A DNA stretch of 64,000 nucleotides from an uncultured Gammaproteobacteria bacterium (GTDB lineage: Bacteria > Patescibacteriota > Microgenomatia > UBA10105 > UBA927), in assembly GCA_964629685.1 (NCBI GenBank), contig CAZVTT010000001.1, positions 385,319 through 449,318 of the forward strand. The letters run 5' to 3'. The notes beneath the pieces are model-generated. The model saw only the letters and a program-made list of their open reading frames with translations. It searched no databases and had not been told where the DNA came from. The position numbers and the translations under genes were made by a program. This document shows positions 59,783-64,000 of the stretch, in pieces. The stretch's first letter is position 1. Each line of letters opens with the position of its first letter.

Positions 59783-60820
59783 ATGGCTGCTGATGCAAAA
59801 TTACAAGCGATTCGCTTGGCGATGGAACAGATAGAAAAACAATATGGGAAAGGTTCCATCATGCGGTTGGGTGAAAAATCCGGAAAGACTGCAATAGATA
59901 TTGTTCCCACCGGTGTACTTCCTCTGGATTTAGCGTTAGGTGTGGGCGGAGTTCCCTGCGGGAGAATTGTGGAAATTTATGGACCGGAAGCATCCGGAAA
60001 AACGACAGTCTGTTTATCAACGATTGCTGAGGCACAAAAAACCGGTGGAGTGGCTGCTTTTATAGATGCAGAGCATGCCCTTGATCCTCAATGGGCAGAG
60101 AAATTAGGGGTAAAATTAGATGATCTTCTTATCTCCCAGCCGGATACAGGCGAACAGGCATTGGAAATCGCCGAAACGTTAATCCGTAGCGGGGGTGTAG
60201 ATGTGATTGTTGTAGATTCCGTTGCGGCACTTGTTCCGCGTGCTGAAATAGAAGGCGAGATGGGTGATTCTACCATGGGATTGCAGGCAAGATTAATGTC
60301 TCAGGCGTTACGAAAGCTTACAGCGGTTATTTCTAAATCAAAAACGGTTGTCATTTTTACTAATCAGTTGCGGCAGAAAATAGGCGTGATGTTCGGTAAC
60401 CCGGAGACGACTCCCGGTGGATTAGCCATGAAGTTTTATGCCAGCATCCGGATGGATTCGCGGAAAATAGAGACGTTAAAAGAAGGCGATAAAGTTATCG
60501 GTAGCCGACATAGAGTGCGTATCGTAAAAAACAAAGTTTCACCACCTTTTCGTGTGGCTGAGTATGACGTGATGCATGATGGTATCTCTAAAGAAGGGGC
60601 GTTGCTAGATGTCGGAATTGAATTTAACATCCTGACAAAGTCCGGTGCATTTATTAAGTATGGTGGACAAACAATCGGCCAGGGACGGGAAGCTACAAAA
60701 ATGTATCTCAAGGAAAATCCGAAGGTGGCAAAGGAAATTTCCGAACAGATATGGAAAATAGTACGTTCAGGACAAGCACAACCTAAAGTCGCATTGGGCG
60801 CACAGGAAACTGAAGATTAA
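59783..60820 (+). CDS. recA: recombinase RecA
   Basis: Walker [11 protein letters not shown]1/L2 loops and full length. Confidence 0.95.
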   Translation: MAADAKLQAIRLAMEQIEKQYGKGSIMRLGEKSGKTAIDIVPTGVLPLDLALGVGGVPCGRIVEIYGPEASGKTTVCLSTIAEAQKTGGVAAFIDAEHALDPQWAEKLGVKLDDLLISQPDTGEQALEIAETLIRSGGVDVIVVDSVAALVPRAEIEGEMGDSTMGLQARLMSQALRKLTAVISKSKTVVIFTNQLRQKIGVMFGNPETTPGGLAMKFYASIRMDSRKIETLKEGDKVIGSRHRVRIVKNKVSPPFRVAEYDVMHDGISKEGALLDVGIEFNILTKSGAFIKYGGQTIGQGREATKMYLKENPKVAKEISEQIWKIVRSGQAQPKVALGAQETED

Positions 60821-60828
60821 TTGATATC

Positions 60829-61332
60829 ATGCCCGTGGATGATGTGTATCATCAGTTGATGCCTGCCGGATTACGGTTCATGTCGCTTCGCCCCAGAAGT
60901 GAGCATGAGTTTGTTCAGTTTCTGCAGAAAACCATTAAACGGAAGAATATGGATGTGAGTGAGGATATTCTTCCGAGAATACTTTCCCGCGTTAAAGAAT
61001 TAGGATACCTGGACGATAAAAAATTTGTAACCTGGTGGATCGAGCAGCGCGACACGCATAAACCCAAATCGTTTCGGGTATTGAAAAGAGAGTTACAGCA
61101 AAAAGGAATAGATTCGGCGTTGATTGAAGAAATTCAAACAACCTTGGCCCAAAACGAAACCGGACATTCCGAGTTGGAACGTGCAAGATCTGCCGTACGG
61201 AATAAACTGAGACTATGGGAACATTTACCGTTTATAGACCGCAAAAAGAAACTTTTTGGGTTTTTAGGAAGCCGTGGATTTTCTCACGAAATTAGTTACA
61301 CCTTGGTTGACGAACTGCTGAGAAAAGACTAA
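60829..61332 (+). CDS. recX: regulatory protein RecX
   Basis: 167-aa helical-repeat protein immediately downstream of recA with RecX-like repeats. Confidence 0.7.
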   Translation: MPVDDVYHQLMPAGLRFMSLRPRSEHEFVQFLQKTIKRKNMDVSEDILPRILSRVKELGYLDDKKFVTWWIEQRDTHKPKSFRVLKRELQQKGIDSALIEEIQTTLAQNETGHSELERARSAVRNKLRLWEHLPFIDRKKKLFGFLGSRGFSHEISYTLVDELLRKD

Positions 61333-61570
61333 AATGAATCGATTGTAGGGTAGTAAAACCCAGAAAAGTATCAGACTATAAGATAAAAATATGAATTGCA
61401 TTTCCAAACAGAGCGCTATCAGTCATTGCAGTGGGTTCATTCTGCAAGGCTATTCTTGGTATTTAGCTCGATAATTGCAACTTCTTTTTTACTTCTGTGT
61501 CTTTTTTCGGTTATACCCTATCTGGTTTGTTATTTATGGATTATAGGTTGATTGTATTCAAGGAGGGTAT

Positions 61571-63106
61571 ATGTTTGACGTATTAAAGACACTATCTGGG
61601 TTAGTAAAGTCTAAAAAAGGGAAGCCGGTTACACATCCAAAAGTAGATGCCCACCAGGCAACACCTAAGGTAGAAATTCAATCTCCTGCTGCTCCACAAC
61701 AAAAGCCCGTAAAGCAAATTCCGCCTCAGGTAACTCTTGATATTGAGGCACAACTCAAAATTGCTGAAGCGAAGGCAAAAGAGCTCGTTTTGGAAGCAAA
61801 AGACGAAGCATTTAGAATCCGTCGTGACGCTGAAGATGAAACACGACGTAAGCTGGAACAAATTGATAGACGTGAAGGTGCCATTGATGAAAAAGAAAAA
61901 CGAATTACGTTGCATGAAACGGAAATTCAAAAACTTCAGAATGAACTTCAGAAGTTGAAGCAGGATCAGCTTACAAAACTTGAGCAAGTAGCATTATTAA
62001 CCCGTGAAGAGGCTAAACAATCAATTCTGGAAGCCACCCGGTCAAAATTACATGAACAAGTGGCTAAGGAAGTTAAAGAAGCGCAGGCGAGAGCTCAGGA
62101 AGAGGCAGATCAAAAAGCTCGGGAAATATTGGTAGATGCGATGCGGCATGGTGCTACAGATTATGTTTCAGAGTATACGGTTTCGATAGTAAAAATTCCG
62201 GATGAAGACATGAAGGGAAGAATAATCGGTAAGGAAGGGCGAAATATTCGGGCATTTGAAACCGCGACGGGTGTAGACGTTGACTTAGATGAAGAAGGAA
62301 TTATCCGGTTATCATCGTTTGATCCAGTGCGACGGGAAATTGCCCGTGCAGCACTAGAAAAATTATTGCGTGACGGAAGAGTTCAACCAGGAAGAATAGA
62401 GGAAATAGTTGAACATGTAAAAAAGGATATAGAACGTGTCATGTTTGAGGAAGGTCAGAAGTTATGCCATGCGGTAGGAGTATATAATTTGCCGGCTCCG
62501 TTGGTGGCCATGTTGGGACGGTTTAAATATAGGTTTTCCTATGGTCAGAATATGATTGCGCACACGCTGGAAGAAACGAAAATAGGTATCGCGCTTGGTC
62601 ATGAAGTTGGTGCAGATGTGAATGTTGTCAGACTGGGTTGTCTTCTGCATGATATCGGAAAAGTTATTATGGATAAGGAAGGGAATCATGTGGAATTGGG
62701 AGTTGAATTGTTACGCAAATACGGTATGCCCCAAAAAGTTATAGACTGTGTAGCCCAACATCATGAAGATACGCCATTCACATCTATAGAATCTATGTTG
62801 GTATATATTTCCGATGCGATTTCCGGCAGTAGACCAGGTGCACGGTATGAGAATTATGAAGAATACATCAAACGTCTAAAGGATTTGGAAGCCATTGCCA
62901 AGGCTCATGAAGGCGTACGTGAATCATTTGCATTCCAAGCCGGCAGAGAGTTGCGCGTGGCGGTTGATCCGGGGAAGGTAGACGATGCAACATCTATCCT
63001 TATGGCGCAGCAAATAAAAGAAGAAATAGAGAAGAAGATGACTTATCCCGGTTCAATAAAAATTACGGTTGTACGGGAATTGCGGGCTACAGAAGTCGCG
63101 AAATGA
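61571..63106 (+). CDS. rny: ribonuclease Y
   Basis: Coiled coil, KH domain (IVKIPDEDMKGRIIGKEGRNIRAFETATGVDV) and HD domain (LLHDIGK). No obvious N-terminal TM helix. Confidence 0.85.
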   Translation: MFDVLKTLSGLVKSKKGKPVTHPKVDAHQATPKVEIQSPAAPQQKPVKQIPPQVTLDIEAQLKIAEAKAKELVLEAKDEAFRIRRDAEDETRRKLEQIDRREGAIDEKEKRITLHETEIQKLQNELQKLKQDQLTKLEQVALLTREEAKQSILEATRSKLHEQVAKEVKEAQARAQEEADQKAREILVDAMRHGATDYVSEYTVSIVKIPDEDMKGRIIGKEGRNIRAFETATGVDVDLDEEGIIRLSSFDPVRREIARAALEKLLRDGRVQPGRIEEIVEHVKKDIERVMFEEGQKLCHAVGVYNLPAPLVAMLGRFKYRFSYGQNMIAHTLEETKIGIALGHEVGADVNVVRLGCLLHDIGKVIMDKEGNHVELGVELLRKYGMPQKVIDCVAQHHEDTPFTSIESMLVYISDAISGSRPGARYENYEEYIKRLKDLEAIAKAHEGVRESFAFQAGRELRVAVDPGKVDDATSILMAQQIKEEIEKKMTYPGSIKITVVRELRATEVAK

Positions 63107-63325
63107 CAGGCTCTTTCCATTTAGACGGAAACGTTTCGTTGAACACTTAACACCTCGCTATATTGTCAAAAATGCAGAAGAATTTAGAGCGTTTTGACGC
63201 GATTATTTTTTTGATATCTTGACAGAGTAATCTAAATTAACTACATTGCCTCATAGAGATTGTTGATACAGGCAAAAGCCAAAATCAACACGATAACCTC
63301 TGCCCAAAAGGAGGTGAAATCACAC

Positions 63326-63598
63326 ATGACAAAAGCAGATCTCATCGAAGTAGTTGCTAAAAAAGCTAATCTAACGGCAAAGGCATCCCGAGAAGCTGTA
63401 GGCGCTGTTTTCAGTGCTGTAACAGATGCGTTAAAGAAAGGGGATAAAGTTGTCGTAACCGGTTTTGGAACGTTCATGGTACGTTCGCGAAAATCACGAA
63501 CAGGCCGAAACCCACAGACAGGCGCTGCAATTAATATTCCGGCACGAAAGACTCCAGGCTTTACTGCAGGCAAAGCCTTGAAGAAAGTTGTACGGTAA
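63326..63598 (+). CDS. hup: HU family DNA-binding protein
   Basis: ATG at 63326 with AAAGGAGGTG RBS. MTKADLIEVVAKKA...GFGTFMVRSRKSRTGRNPQTGAAINIPARKTPGFTAGKALK. TTGACA-N17-TACATT promoter at about 63214-63243. Confidence 0.9.
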   Translation: MTKADLIEVVAKKANLTAKASREAVGAVFSAVTDALKKGDKVVVTGFGTFMVRSRKSRTGRNPQTGAAINIPARKTPGFTAGKALKKVVR

Positions 63599-63626
63599 AA
63601 AAATAAACGTATTGTAAAGGAGAGTT

Positions 63627-63652
63627 CCCGCATGGTCGGGGCTTTCCTTTTT
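63627..63652 (+). terminator. weak hairpin terminator after hup
   Basis: CCCG-CATGGT-CGGG followed by GCTTTCCTTTTTGG. Confidence 0.35.
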
Positions 63653-63685
63653 GGTATACTACGGGTATTCTGTCACATCTTCCCT

Positions 63686-64000
63686 ATGATTATTCAGGTA
63701 GATCATTTATCTAAGCATTTTTCCGTTCATCACAAAGAACCCGGAATGTGGGGTGCTTTAAAGTCTATTGCAATCAGAAAATATGTTTCAGTACCTGCCG
63801 TTAACGATGTTTCTTTTACGATAAATGAAGGAGAATTGGTAGGCTTTATTGGTCCAAATGGTGCCGGAAAGACGACCACACTTAAATGCTTGTCCGGGTT
63901 ACTCTATCCTACGAACGGAAGTGTTACGGTGCTTGGGTATACGCCGTTTGAAAGAAAATATGATTTTTTGCGGAAAATATCCTTAGTAATGGGACAAAAA
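63686..64000 (+). CDS. ABC transporter ATP-binding protein (C-terminus beyond window)
   Basis: MIIQVDHLSKHF...GFIGPNGAGKTTTLKCLSGL Walker A. The frame is open to the window end. Confidence 0.75.
   Translation, partial: MIIQVDHLSKHFSVHHKEPGMWGALKSIAIRKYVSVPAVNDVSFTINEGELVGFIGPNGAGKTTTLKCLSGLLYPTNGSVTVLGYTPFERKYDFLRKISLVMGQK

Noticed and set aside
63241-63633. 130-aa minus-strand ORF overlapping the HU gene
   Set aside because: The plus-strand frame encodes a canonical HU protein with a strong RBS and promoter. The antisense ORF is a shadow frame.

Overview
This 64 kb window is a gene-dense, low-GC chromosomal segment that is almost entirely core housekeeping. The order is: ftsK (N-terminus cut by the window edge), a RodZ-like gene, def (minus strand), alaS, a variable block, rpoB-rpoC, rpsL-rpsG, an ~11 kb multigene insertion, fusA-tuf, rpsJ, a contiguous rplC...rplO-secY-adk-cmk-map-infA-rpmJ-rpsM-rpsK-rpsD-rpoA-rplQ-rplM-rpsI ribosomal superoperon, an SPFH protein, a GT39/PMT-like glycosyltransferase, argH-GNAT-argG, tRNA-Pro(GGG) on the minus strand, recA-recX, rny, an HU gene, and a partial ABC ATPase. 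The variable block after alaS holds a large membrane protein, a sortase, a thymidine/AMP phosphorylase, mltG, an aquaporin, a Cas4-like Fe-S nuclease and a translationally coupled partner. There is no room for rpmD (L30) between rpsE and rplO, rplM-rpsI follow rplQ directly, cmk sits between adk and map, and AlaRS, L2 and RpoB are short. By inference this fits a Patescibacteria/CPR-type genome. The most interesting signals are as follows.

- A leader upstream of argH looks like a T-box riboswitch. It has a canonical antiterminator (a UGGCACC bulge flanked by AGCG/CGCU helices) that overlaps an intrinsic terminator, and it follows an extended -10 promoter. The specifier may be CGA (Arg).
- The conserved rpsG|fusA junction is split by an ~11 kb, 15-gene insertion. 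Inside it is a tight five-gene cluster: a DUF2130-type PD-(D/E)xK nuclease, endonuclease IV, an AstE/AspA-like Zn hydrolase, a LigT 2H phosphoesterase and a CapA metallophosphatase. These could form a nucleic-acid end-processing or repair module, or a defence module.
- Promoter, then intrinsic-terminator hairpin, then gene leaders recur before rpoB, fusA, rplC and infA. The fusA leader has an explicit alternative antiterminator pairing, and the rplC leader terminator sequesters the Shine-Dalgarno sequence.
- A nested ~50 nt inverted repeat lies between fusA and tuf.

I found no CRISPR array, integrase or transposase. Regulatory-feature coordinates were read by eye and may be off by a few bases.
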